A stretch of DNA of 64,000 bases from Paraglomus brasilianum (lineage: Eukaryota): NCBI GenBank assembly GCA_910592345.1, contig CAJVPI010000020.1, positions 1-64,000 on the forward strand, read 5' to 3'. Both the position numbers and the translations under genes were made by a program. Of the stretch, positions 40,581 to 53,374 are shown in pieces. The stretch's first letter is position 1. The number at the start of each line of letters is the position of its first letter. Under the pieces are notes generated by a model, which was given only the letters and a program-made list of their open reading frames with translations, did no database searches and had not been told where the DNA came from.

Positions 40581-41439
40581 TTATTTTGGAAAAGTTATTA
40601 TCATACGCGTTTGTAACAAACCGGAAAATATACCTTTTTTTTTGTGTTACACACTGTACATATCAGATGTTTTGTTGCGGCATTACAGTATTTGAATACG
40701 CCAAGATCCATCAATCGAGTTTCTGGCGCAGAGTCTGGTTGTAAATAACAACCAATACGTCAATAGTTGTATAAACATAGCCATTTCTTTTGCAAAGTAG
40801 CAACTTAAAGATGTAGTGGGTACTTGTCTGCCCATAACACTACTCGATTGTATTAAAACTTGATTGGCAACAGATAATATGAAAGTGGTCAACCTTTATT
40901 TTAAATTTGCAATCAGCAATCCAAGGAATACAAAGACGTTGAAGGAAGCTGGTTAAACTCGCCGCTCAGAAGCGTAAGATCCTATGCTACAATTTTTTAC
41001 AAGCAGATGAATATTTGGTAATTTAAAAGCACACCAGTAATTGATTTTGTAGAAGACAGCGCATTGGTGAACTAGGACTATTAAATTTAAATTTTCTATT
41101 CGTTTTGATGATGTAACTTCATTCTTGTCCATAAACGATATGCGGATGATTATGCGCAGTAGAATGTATAAAGAATGTTTCGATAACTTGGCTCTTTAAT
41201 GTTGCACAACGCTACAAAGCAAATGAAACTTTCACTTGCGCTTAAACAGAAGAAGCCGTGATTATAAGCACTGAGCAATGATGACGTTTTTATCCGTCTA
41301 TTGTTGTGGCTGAAATAATCACAAGGAAATCTTGTGGCGCCTTGGGCAGCCTTGGCCAATAGGCATCTTGGCGGCCAAGATCTCGGCCCCCAAATTTATA
41401 TACCCGCTCCACATCGTTTACTATCCAGACTCAAACAAG

Positions 41440-44109
41440 ATGAATGTGCTCAAGCTGCAAAAGAAATATCCTCAATTTAATCAACAAGACATTTTCGATC
41501 TTATAGCAGCATTCAAGCAAGTATTCATTCTCTATTTCGGTTTAAAAGTTCTCGACGTTTAGTAATTTTTTGTTCTGTCGCTAATACGCACCATATGATA
41601 TTTCGATTTTTGATTTTATAATCAAATAGCAAGATTGATTTAGATGGAAACGGTGCAATAGAACAGAAAGAAGCTGTGAAAGCCCTCCAGAATATGGGCG
41701 AAAGTCAATCTTATGATGAAATTAGGGCTGCTTTAAAAGAAGTAGATTTGAGTTCAACTGGTAAAGTTGAAGTCGAAGAATTTGTTGAGGTGCGGTGAAA
41801 CATACTTTTATTTTTCATTCTATGTGTAATTGAAGACTTCTTCATAATACTCACTGTTGTCAACTTTATTTCTCACTCTCAGTGACTGTCAAATATTTAC
41901 TAATCATGTCTTGTTTAAAACCATATTTATATCAGCTTGTCGCCAAAGTGCGCGAGGGGCGTTTAAAGGGTGCTTTCCAAGTCAGCCGGCACAAGATTAC
42001 CGTTCAGGGTTCCAGTGCAAATGTCTCCCATACAATCAATGAAGATGAGCGAACCGAATTTACGCGTCACATAAACCAAGCACTCGCATATGACCCAAGC
42101 CTGGCAGATAAGCTCCCCGTTCCTACAGACACTATGCAATTATTTGATGAATGCAAAGGTATGTTAGCCTGAACGCTTATTTATACACACAACATTTGAA
42201 TAATACTATACTCGTGTATTTTTTTTTATTATAGATGGGTTGATTCTTGCAAAACTGATCAATGACTCAGTACCAGACACCATCGATGAGCGTGTATTAA
42301 ATCTTGCATCAAAAGGAAAGAAACTCAACAAATTCAAGATGACTGAAAACAACAATCTTGTTATTTTTTCCGCAAAGGGTATTGGGTGCAGCGTGGTCAA
42401 TATCGGTTCAGCAGATCTAATCGAAGGAAGAGAACATTTAATTCTTGGGCTTATATGGCAGATCATAAAGATAGGGCTGTTGAATAAGATCGATATTAAA
42501 CTGCATCCCGAATTGTATCGTTTATTGGAAGAAGACGAGACACTAGAGCAGTTTTTGAAATTACCGCCTGATCAGATTCTATTGAGATGGTTTAATTATC
42601 ACTTGAAGGCTGCTAAATGGCATCGCACGTATGTTGATATCCATTGGGTTTAACCTTATTCGGACACTTAACGGGTCTATTTACTGACTGCTAATTGAAT
42701 TTTGTAGAGTGAAAAACTTTAGCAAAGATGTAGCTGATGGTGAAAACTACACGATATTACTCAACCAACTGGTACCAGATGTGTGTTCAAGAAGTCCTCT
42801 AAATACGAAAGATTTGTTGGAAAGAGCCGAACAGGTAACATTCTTTCGTCAGAATACATCCACTTACCCAATAAGATTATCTAATGCACATGTAATTTGT
42901 TAATGAAGGTGCTTCAAAATGCCGAGAAAATAAATTGCAGGAAATATCTTACGCCGAAGGCTCTCGTTGCTGGCAATCCCAAGTTGAATCTTGCTTTTGT
43001 CGCTCACTTATTCAATACTTATCCTGGACTGGCTCCACTCGATGAAACAGAGAAAGCCGAGATCGAAGAGTTTGATGATAGTGATGATAGAGAGGCAAGA
43101 GGTACATGATACAAATAAAACACAAACGGTGAATGTTTTTTGATGCTCCTTTTCTAACTTTTTTTTTCTTCTCAAATTAGTGTTTGCGCTTTGGCTCAAC
43201 AGTTTGGATGTGACGCCGGCTGTAAACAATTTATACGAAGATGTGCAGGTATTATTATGCGGCTCCGTAGGATTATGAATTGGATTTAACAACGTTGGTT
43301 TATAACTAACCCATGGAAATGTGATTAGGATGGTATCGTCTTACTCCAAGCCTTCGATAAGATACGACCAAATACAGTTAACTGGAAGAAGGTCAACGCG
43401 AAGCAACCTCTTTCCCGATTCAAACAAGTAGAAAACACAAACTATGCCATCCTTGTTGGCCGAGAATTGCGCTTTACGCTCGTAAATATGCAAGGTGCCG
43501 ATATTTGTGACGGAAACAAAACACTCATCCTCGGACTGGTCTGGCAAATGATGAGACTAAACATTATTCAGACACTCACAAGCTTATCGAAAGGTGGAAA
43601 AGAGATTACTGATCAAGATTTAATCAATTGGGCCAATAATTTTGTGAAAAAGAGTGGAAAGTCAACGAAGATTAACAGTTTCAAGGATCCAACGTTGAGA
43701 AATGCATTATTCTTTATTGATTTGTTGGACAGTATTAAACCGGGCATTGTAGACTATTCGTTGGTTACAAGAGGGGTTACCGGTAAGGAGTGGGAGTACG
43801 ATACCTTTGCTGTCGCTTGTTTTGCATGGAATATAAACGTCTAATGAATAATTTTATTCCGACTATTATAACAGAGGAAGATGCGGCCCTGAATGCCAAA
43901 TATGCAATTTCCATAGCTCGTAAGATTGGTGCTACAATCTTTTTATTACCCGAAGATATAGTAGAAGTGCGACATCGTCTTGTAAGTTTTTATTCGGATC
44001 TGTCAACATGCGGAGTCGATAACGATAAATCGGTATACTGACTATTTATGTCTCTCTTTCATATTAGATCTTGACCTTCATCGGTAGTCTTATGGCTGTT
44101 GCGGGGTAG
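41440..44109 (+). CDS. SAC6: Fimbrin/plastin (EF hands plus four CH domains), multi-exon
   Basis: [77 protein letters not shown]. Confidence 0.97.
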
Positions 44110-44504
44110 CAAATAATAGCCGATATGTAGTTGACGGAGGAATAGGCATACAACACTACTTTCTTTGAATATTTGACATAGATAATTATTTATCCATAAC
44201 GGAAATAAAACTATTTAGAAAAGGAAAAAAAAACAATTGACGTTAAGCTAAGCCAAGATCACGCAACAGACTCTTCCCAAAGTTTGGTGAATTACAAATA
44301 ACAGTAAATTAGGGCGGGTTGCTCGCTCGAATACATTTTTCAGGATGTAAAATCTTTGTTTATTAGAGATCTTAGGTTTCAATACATATGTTGGTTCGCA
44401 ATTTTTTAATAAAATTGACGTTTATTATTTTATTATATCTTACGTTGAATGCTAAAGAATTTTTTTTATATTGTTATTAACAGATGTGTCGTTTTTCGTA
44501 GCTT

Positions 44505-45420
44505 TCACTCTTTGTACAACTTCTCCCGCATAAATTTACGGGACATCATCGAAATAGATATCACCATGTGCTGGTTCCAAATATTGACGCGTGGTATGGC
44601 GTTTGCCCCAGCATAGCAGATCATAAACTTTATTCCCCCGAAATGCAAGGGTTCAAGCTTTCCAAATTTATTCTTCATATCCTCCAAGGCTCCTTGCATT
44701 GAGGCTTGCTTCTCTTCACCCCACATGATAAGTACACTGTTGACTCGAAGAATAAAGTCCGGGCGACTTTTAGCTTTCATTGACGTTCCACTTAAAATAA
44801 TACAATTGCAAGTTAACACAACATCTGTTTGATAAGTCACAAGTCAAAGGTACTTACGAGTCACTTTTGTTTCGATCAATTTCGATTGGAAGTTTGCCAC
44901 CTAAATTTCTCTTAAGGACATCTAATGGCATCCTAACCAGGGAGTCAATCGGGTAGTGGAGGAGATCTTCTGATCCACCCATTTTGACTGCTTCTCCAGT
45001 CGAATCACTAAGTGCATTCGTAATTCGTTCTTCTAGTAAACCATAGCCGGCTTCAAGATATGTCAACTGATTCGGTTGCTGAAAAGAAGATTCGTTTGTC
45101 AGTGAGCCAGAGATTTCTAGAAGAACATAACTTAATAATAACCTGTCTTTTGCATTATGTAAGGCGACACAGGCAATTTGCGAAGAAGCGGTGCCTCAAT
45201 AAGTGGTTGTACATCCCGCGCAAAACACGGTACAATATCGAATGGTTGTACAAGTTCGGCGCAGATGGAATCACTGCAGTCAACTATCGCTAAACACATC
45301 ATAAAATAATTATTATTTAGTTCAAGTCAGTTTCAGTAAAGATTAGTAGGACCAAATCCTCAATACCTTCCTCATGGCTTCGTTTCCTTGTTGGACCTAA
45401 AATGGAAGGAGTATTGCTAG
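44505..45420 (-). pseudogene. Crinkler-type REase-like effector remnant
   Basis: SEDLLHYPIDSLVRMPL...IDRNKSDS/SG..KSRPDFILRVNSVLIMWGEEK...ALEDMKNKF...FMICYAGA. The RPDF...GEEK pattern is typical of CRN C-terminal nuclease-like domains. The 3' part is truncated and the 5' exon is broken. Confidence 0.55.
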
Positions 45421-45641
45421 GAATTTTCTAGACCTTTCCCGTATGCAGAATGTGACCAATGATAATTGATGCGCAGAAATTCATGCAGTGTATTCTCTAA
45501 AATGTAGATCACATTACACAAATTGTGTAACTACTGATATTTATCAATCTATCATTATCATCTATCTTTTTTTTTGTTATTACATGTACAACTTACTAAA
45601 TCAAACCGTATTTTCAGAACATAAATCAATATCATTTAAAT

Positions 45642-46707
45642 ATGAATCCTTTTGCAGATGAAGTAAGAGTATTGTTGAGAGTGAGGGGTGTTGAAGTTCG
45701 TCGTTATAGGTGAGAATTCCACTGAGTATTTGTTGAGGTATTATGTATCTGAAGGTACGCTGCCACTAGGTGTAAATCGAAGAAATTGAAAGCGCATCGA
45801 GGCCACAGCTTGCGAAAGTCGCCAGTCAGGTACCCAGCCCTGGCGTACGGTGGACGGCCTGCTGTGAACGTTCAAATCTTCGTTACCGAAAAGTTACCGT
45901 GACTACCAGAGCCTGTGGTGAATAGGATACATGATATATTATACCGTGACTACCAGATAATATATCTTGATAACTATGACACACATACTCATTTCTCTAT
46001 AATTTAATAGACATGAACCCGGTGACGGCGGTATCGATCTAAGTGGGGGTTTTAGAGAGCGTACAATAATAGGACAATGTAAGGTAGATATTGTTCTGAT
46101 TTCTTTTTTCCTTTCTTATCTTTTATCTTATGAGTATAGAATAATAAAACTTACTTACTTTTAGGGTGGGATGAGGGTTAGAATGGAAGATGTAATTGCA
46201 TTAGAAGGAGTTTTATCAAGATATGATAGGAGGACAACTATCGCTATCTTGATAGTTAGATCCGAAAACAGAATAGCTTGCGCAAGAAACGGGATAGATA
46301 TATTTACCGATTGCGCAAGGACTAGAGCAAGATCGTCTGAATATAACATCATCCTAACGGATGAATTAAATGTGTATTCGGATTTGATCAACTTTATCGA
46401 GTCGCATCCGCTCGATAGCTCTAACAATGGTGGATGGGGAACAAGGGGAGAGATTGACTTGGTTGTAAGGAGAATAGAAGCGGAGATAAGAGAAGAAATA
46501 CAAAGGTGGAGAGAAGGAATGGAACGGGAAAATAGGGAATTAAGAAATGAGTTTATGAGAATGCAAATTGAGCGGGTAGAGATTCAGAGGGGGAATGTGG
46601 TATTGCAAAGGGAACTTTTAGATATGAATAGGAGGTTGTATATTATTTGTTTTTTAATGTTTTTTATGTTGTTTTATATCATTTTTCTGATCCAAAATGG
46701 AACTTGA
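45642..46707 (+). CDS. Mrr-like PD-(D/Q)xK endonuclease domain plus coiled coil and C-terminal TM helix, 3 exons (45642-45709, 46011-46083, 46165-46707), about 227 aa
   Basis: In-frame splicing gives MNPFADEVRVLLRVRGVEVRRYRHEPGDGGIDLSGGFRERTIIGQCKGGMRVRMEDVIALEGVLSRY...TIAILIV...FTDCARTRA...IILTD, then an E/R-rich helix and LYIICFLMFFMLFYIIFLI. Confidence 0.8.
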
Positions 46708-46955
46708 CCCGGTTCTGAACTGGGTCAACCCAATTCGGAACCAGCACATAGTGATATCTATTTCGATGATGTCCTGTAAATTTATGCATTTCACGATGCC
46801 TTGATTTTTAAAGCATTTTATTGGGTAAATGACATGTGATTTATTATGATCTGTCAGACCGTTGACTTGCAATCAAACATTTTCATCCTCAAATAGTTTG
46901 ATTTAGTTTACACTAGCGTTAAAGATTCTTTCTTAACAGTGAATGAATTTGGTGA

Positions 46956-49900
46956 CTATTTTTGTATCTTCTTCTTTTCTAGATATTCTTTCATCAACCG
47001 ATCATATTCCAAGGCTGACTGTGACGAATTCTCGATGATAGTTGGATCATCCAAATGAACAAATTCATTAGCTTGATGTCCTGTAGTGGCAGCAGCAGGC
47101 GCCATTGAATCTCGAGTAATAGATGAATTTGATCGCTCTTTCTGTTTTTTCTTTGACTTTGCCTTCTTCCGTTTCGGACTTTTCGTTGATTTTTCAGTTT
47201 TCTGAATCTTACCAGGTAATCCACTTGCGTCGTCAGGCAACTTGTGTGTGCTTAACCTCTTCAAAGTCTGTGGATCATTTATTTCATTTTTCGGAATATG
47301 TTGGAACGGGCACTACCAAAACACAAGTATGACATGAGGGCATGTAATAAAGAATGGGCAGAAGTTGAAGTCCAGTTTACCTGTTCCCGTGTGCAAACAC
47401 CATAATTAGCGTACTGATAACAAAATTGTGGCTTCTGGCGGACAGGAAAAGTGAACGGTATCTGGTCTGAAGGGCCGTTCCATTTCAATGGTACAAAATG
47501 TACAGTTTCAGTGTCATAAATCGCTGAAGCTGAATAGGCCGTATGGAGATCATAGATACGCGATTGACTTGTTGAAACTGTTGCATCTGGGAATTCTTTG
47601 TTGTTTTTGATTATGCTTTTGTATATACTTGCGTGTAAATCTCCTGCTGCATGAGAAAACAAATAGTTTCCATCGGGAAGACTGAAGATAGCATCGAGTT
47701 AACTCATTGAAATATTCTGTCAGTATAACCTTAACAATGACAAAGAATACAACTCGAACCTCTGAAAATTTTTTATCATGGTAAATAGAAATTTGCTATG
47801 TGGTCGAGGCCTAGAAAGAATTGTTAACATGAATGGCCACCATACTGTATGTACGTGTAAATTCATCATACTTGCCAATTTCCATTTGGTATAATATTGA
47901 TCATCTGTTTTCTTTCGACTGCCTGTATTTCAGTATTAAGCACGTCTATTCGCCCAAGCATCAAATCAGCATCCCCGCGAATGTAAGTGTGGATCCAGTA
48001 TCGAGCCCTATCAGCAGCAGCAATCTCCTCCATGCCTAAATCAAGCTGATACTCAAGATTCGTCTTTATCCCAACAATCCGAGGCTTCAATTGATGTACG
48101 GTTAAAAGGTAAAATTAGTGACTAAAATTCCGAATGCAGTTGATATGAAGATAATCAAAAGCGGGTAAGTGGTCACAAAAATTGCATTAGAGTTAGGCAT
48201 TATTACCTTGTTGATGGAATCGAATGCAAATCCATGCCTTTTACATCTAATTAATACGCTAAACTCACCAAAACACCACAAGTTATAAGTAATGTTGACG
48301 TGCCTCTCCAATGTAGTTTGACTATTCTCCTTGCCCGCTCGCTGCAGTAGTTCGGGTGATGACAAAGAAGCAGTCATATTCTTTGACTCGGAGTCTGTCC
48401 CAGTGTCGACAATATCGCTCATATTATCATCTTTCAGGATCTCATCATGTTCAGAAAGTTTATTGTCGTTAATTGTCTCACTAAAAGTGCTCTTAGTCGA
48501 TTGATTAGAAGGCGTTTGTTCTTGTGACTCCTCGTTAAAAATATCAAGTGTGCTTTCATTGTCTAATTGTATAAATATATCATTGGTTACTGTGGTCTTA
48601 TTCATTCAATCATCACATTTTGAAACTCAATTATACCGTTAAATTCCTGGTCTTCCATCAAAAAGCTAGACTTCGATTCTTTTTTCTTTTCAAATGTATG
48701 CCGTGTATCCATAACCACACTCTTGAAAGCAGCATCATAAAATATTTGATTACGTTCGCGGTTCGTCATTTTCTTCTTCACAAATGGCTTGTCAATATAC
48801 ACAGTCCTTTTCATTTCACCAGAGGCTGAATTAAATGAGTCAGTAGATGCTTAAAATTAATCCTTAGTGTGATTGCTCAACTGGTTTTACCATTTTTGCG
48901 CGAAACGACACATATGGGAATGTTGCAATCTCTCTCAGTTGATGCATGCAGAGCAACAAGAGCGCACAATCCACTCGAGGAGATCACGATATCAACAGAG
49001 TTTTGTTCCACCATAGCTGGAATTAATGGATCTGCACTGACCACAGGCATGATCTGAAGGGACGGAACAGTCAGATCGATTGATAGAGGTGTTGAACATA
49101 GCCATTACTCACATATTTCTGCCATCGACTTCCTGCTGTCTTATCATCATGTATTTTAATATTCGTTTGAGTATTGGATTCTGCTTGATTGTCTAAGACG
49201 AGATCAGAACTGATAGTCTCCGTCTTATTTGATTGCAAATAATTTTCATGCGTAGGAATCTTTTTTGAAGCTGTTCCCATTGGCAGAGTAAATTGGAAAC
49301 ACGCTCCCTAATTCCCAAGTATTAGGCAAATCAGATATGTTTTCGACAGCAAATCCAAAGAATGGTAATTATCTTACAGCTTCATGAAGCGTCTGTTTAT
49401 GAACCAAAATTGGATCTCGCGCATCAGGCAATCCAACTGTAAGGTCGAAAGCTTTAAGAAACTCATAATATCGCTGTATAGATATAAAGTTGTATGTTAG
49501 ACGAATAACAAGTAATTTTAATATTAATCAAACAACTCCTACCGGATAATCCCTGATAATACGTTCCCGTTCAATGGTCAGATAGCCCTAGTAAAGAGAT
49601 GAGGAGATTATTATTTTGATACACACCTACCGCATCGAATCACTAAAAACTAACCTCAACCGCCTCATCCACATTCTTATCTAAATGTTGGAATCGTTCT
49701 TTTGCTCTATCATACAACCACTTCATATATGCATTTTTCTCTTCCTGCACTCGCTCTCGCAAATAATGAAAAATTTTTCGATCGTTGTCACCAAGCAGCT
49801 GAGGCTAGATAACAGATATAAGTAGTTAGACCTTGCGTTCCTACGTCTATCTTAAATAACTCATGAAAACCGACATTTGAGGCGGCAATTGTGTTTAATT

Positions 49901-50381
49901 GAAGAAATTTCAGATGTTCTTCGCGAGACAAGGAAGAAGATGGGGTTGCGAGTTGCTGGCAAATAGAAGAGGGTTTATTCGAAGACTCGGATGTGTGAGA
50001 AGGGCCGATTGATTCGGGAGGTGGTTTGGATTGTTTTTGCTTTGTTTCGAGTTCGAGTCGTTTTTCTTCAAGTTGTTTCAGTAGAGCTCCAACGACATTA
50101 TTATCCTTTGAACTCTTATCTTCAGACCCCTTGTTTCTATTGTACCAATGCGTAAACGCTCGCACAGGGTCATACACACTATGCTTTTCATAATCCTCTT
50201 GGGTAAATGGCAAGAGTTCGTCTTCCGAAGACTCTTCCGATGCGCTAAAGTAGAAATTGAATCTCTAGTGGGAAAATACAAGGGCTTAAAGAGACAATTC
50301 TCAACTCCACTCTACCTACATGCATAAGTCCGACGGCGAATCAGATGTGCTCGACATAGGATGCGACAAGTTATCTGACAT
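46956..50381 (-). CDS. ICE2/NARG2-like protein (NARG2_C domain) with C-terminal CCCH zinc finger, multi-exon
   Basis: VYIDKPFVKKKMTNRERNQIFY, YNLWCFGEFSVLIRC, LEYQLDLGMEEI, RIDV. The spliced CYQYANYGVCTREQ|CPFQH forms a CCCH finger. The start exon is uncertain. Confidence 0.75.
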
Positions 50382-53374
50382 GCAAGAAATGTTTTATTTG
50401 ATAATCTTGTGTTACTAACTATAATAATAACAGTATTTCTCGTATCCGACATATTATTAAATCGCTAGCGAGTCACTAATTGTATATGTGGACGATTGGC
50501 CAAAGGTACTAAATAATTAAGAAAGTATATTGCAGATGTCCGATTTAGAGATCACGATATATGTCAAAAATTCCATTAATTATCTGACTTCGAGATACAA
50601 GCTTATCACTATATTTAAACCATTTGCTAGCAGAGTAATATTTTCTAGTTGGGAAGGTAAATAACAATAAGTCAATATTAATGTGTATAAGTATAAATGA
50701 CGGATGAATAATCAATTGCTATTTTACTGTGAGAGCGAAAATAGTCAAAAAATTTCAACTTCTGATATTTCCGTCGCGACTTTATTATTTGCAGGAGAAA
50801 CAAAGCAGATCGTAGACGATTGTGAAACAATTTATGATACTTATAATGGCGTCGTGCCATTCCTTATGCTATGAGATCATTTGTACAGTAGCTAAAGTCG
50901 GAATATCTTTTAGACAGCATGCATTCTTGGTAAGCTACGGCCGCTTCATGCAAAGTCTACTGTGCAAACTCAACTCCATTATCGTTATTGCCTGCGCCGC
51001 TTTGTCTTGCTTTTTTAGTATAGAAAGTTATTGAGTGCAACGTCTCCGAAATATTAATAAAAGTGTCGCTGAAACTGAAACTAACCAATGGAAGATCATG
51101 GCTTCAGCTTCAGCCGGATTTCAGCATCACTTATTAATATTAACGAAACAAAGTTTGGTTAGAGTGAATGCAAGACTTCATTTAATAGCGAATATAGTAG
51201 CAGGGTAAATCCATTTGTGGCGCTCTGATTGCCAAGCCACCAAGACTTATCTAATTATAGATTACCAGACTTTCACTCCTTCATTACAGTGCTGCGTCCT
51301 TCTCCCAAGCCAATCCGCCAAGGCCCTTAGTCAGTCACACTGCAAACTCCGCAGTAAATAATGAAAGCTTAAATATAATCAATGTAGTTTAAAGGGGTTT
51401 ACTTCAAATGTCTCAACAAACCGAGTCTCAAGTGAATAAAACGGTTCCGGACGAAATGCCGTCAGCGACTCCCATTTTGATTGGACGCCTACTGTCAGAA
51501 AGGAAATTCCTTGTATGGATTTGATGATTCGATTTGTAATTGAAATTCGTCTTTATCTGAGTAAAAGTTAAGAATGTAATCGTATTGTAGGTAGACGAGC
51601 AGGCACAAGTTAAACATTTAGACGCATCTGCAATTCCCGCCTCCTCTACTGTATACTTGAGAAATTGTGAAAATGGAGAATACTTTCTCGATAGTGTTTG
51701 TACCAAAGTCATGATTGGTGAGTTGCTACAATAAAACTTGCCATTTGTTAGACATTCTTTAATCATAATTAGCAATTTCTAGAGAACTGCAAAAATCTCA
51801 CCATAATCGCTAATGACAAAATCATCACTTCGACTATCGAAGTATGGAAGTCTTCCAATGTGTCTTTTAAGGTGATGCACCATTGCATGTATACTTCTGC
51901 TGCTGTTTGACCATTTATGATCATTGTTGCATCAGGTGATTAATTGAGCCGTTAATATTCGCTCGTTTATTTCTGTTGTAGCTTAATACCCAGGTTCAGA
52001 CTGTTCAAGTTGACGAATGTGGTACTATTGATATTGAGTATGACAAGCCGTCGGCTTTCCATTCTGTTGTCTGGACTGCGACCAGTGAATTGAAATTGAG
52101 GATTCTTGAAAACGGTGAAGGTAGGAATTTGACCCAGACTATCTTGACCATTCAACAAAGTCGTTGACGCAGTTAACCTAATTTGTTTTAATTATTAGAA
52201 AAGTATAGTTTGATTACTGGGGAGAGCATTCCAATGCAAGGTGAAACTAATGAAAGCATTGAGAAAGTGAATCCGTATCAGTATATAATTCGTCTAATAA
52301 ATGGCGCCTTGAAAAGTGAAGAGTTAATTAGAGCTGAGAAAGGATTTCCTATCACCCAAAGAGAACTACAACATTGGAGAGTGGTTAATAACATTCAAGT
52401 ATAAAAGCCAATTCTCACTGCATACTGGGCTTAATCTGCTGACCAATACGACCGAATTTTTGCAGATAAATAAAATATATTAATTTAAAATCAAGTCGAT
52501 ATTTGGTTTCTATACCTCGGTTCGGACGTAGAGTACCAAGTTGCGATATTAACTTGTAACTATACCGTCTATGTTTATGGTTGGAACCACTTGATTATTA
52601 GTCAAAATTGTTCGAGCGATCATGTGCCACCGTTTGTGGGCAACAATTTTAGATTCTTCTATTTCTTTGTCAAGGGTACGCGCCGTAAAATTTTATAGAT
52701 CAACCCACGTTAACTTTCTGACATGTATAGACCTCAGACCTTAAAAACGATGATCTAACAAACAGGGTTGCGTACCCGAGATATAAGACATGACCATGCT
52801 TCTTGTATTAGAGATGGTGATTTATGCTTGTGATTTCGGGGAACTCTGACATAATGTATTAGTACGTATTTACAGGGTAGAACAAACTGGAATTTATGAT
52901 AAAAAATGTTTTATCGAAAATCAAGGCCTTGTCTTTCTACTGTAAAGTACGAAAGGCAAAAATGTCTTTATTGTTATAATTGTATTCAGCTGTTTATCAA
53001 AGATGCAGTTAAAATATGCTACTTGCGTGGTACACTGACTAACGATTAAGTAAATAATAATAATTACTATAAAGAACAAACAATGTACAGTAGCTTTCCA
53101 TCCTTTCCTTATTAATTCCAGGTCGGAAAAAAAGCATGGCCCCGTAAAAGCTTATTTTCCTTGACAAAAACCAATCAAAAGCTTGACTGGGGAACAGTCT
53201 TTTTTCTTCGGTTTAGAACTTACCTATTACTATACCACACTTGAAAACTTTCACGTGACGCCTATTCCCATCAAGCCACGGTAGTTGGTTACTACATATG
53301 GTCACTATTGTGGCGGTTAATTTGTTTCGATATTATCTCCTTTAAGAAAACATCTTATATTCCTTAATCAAAAT

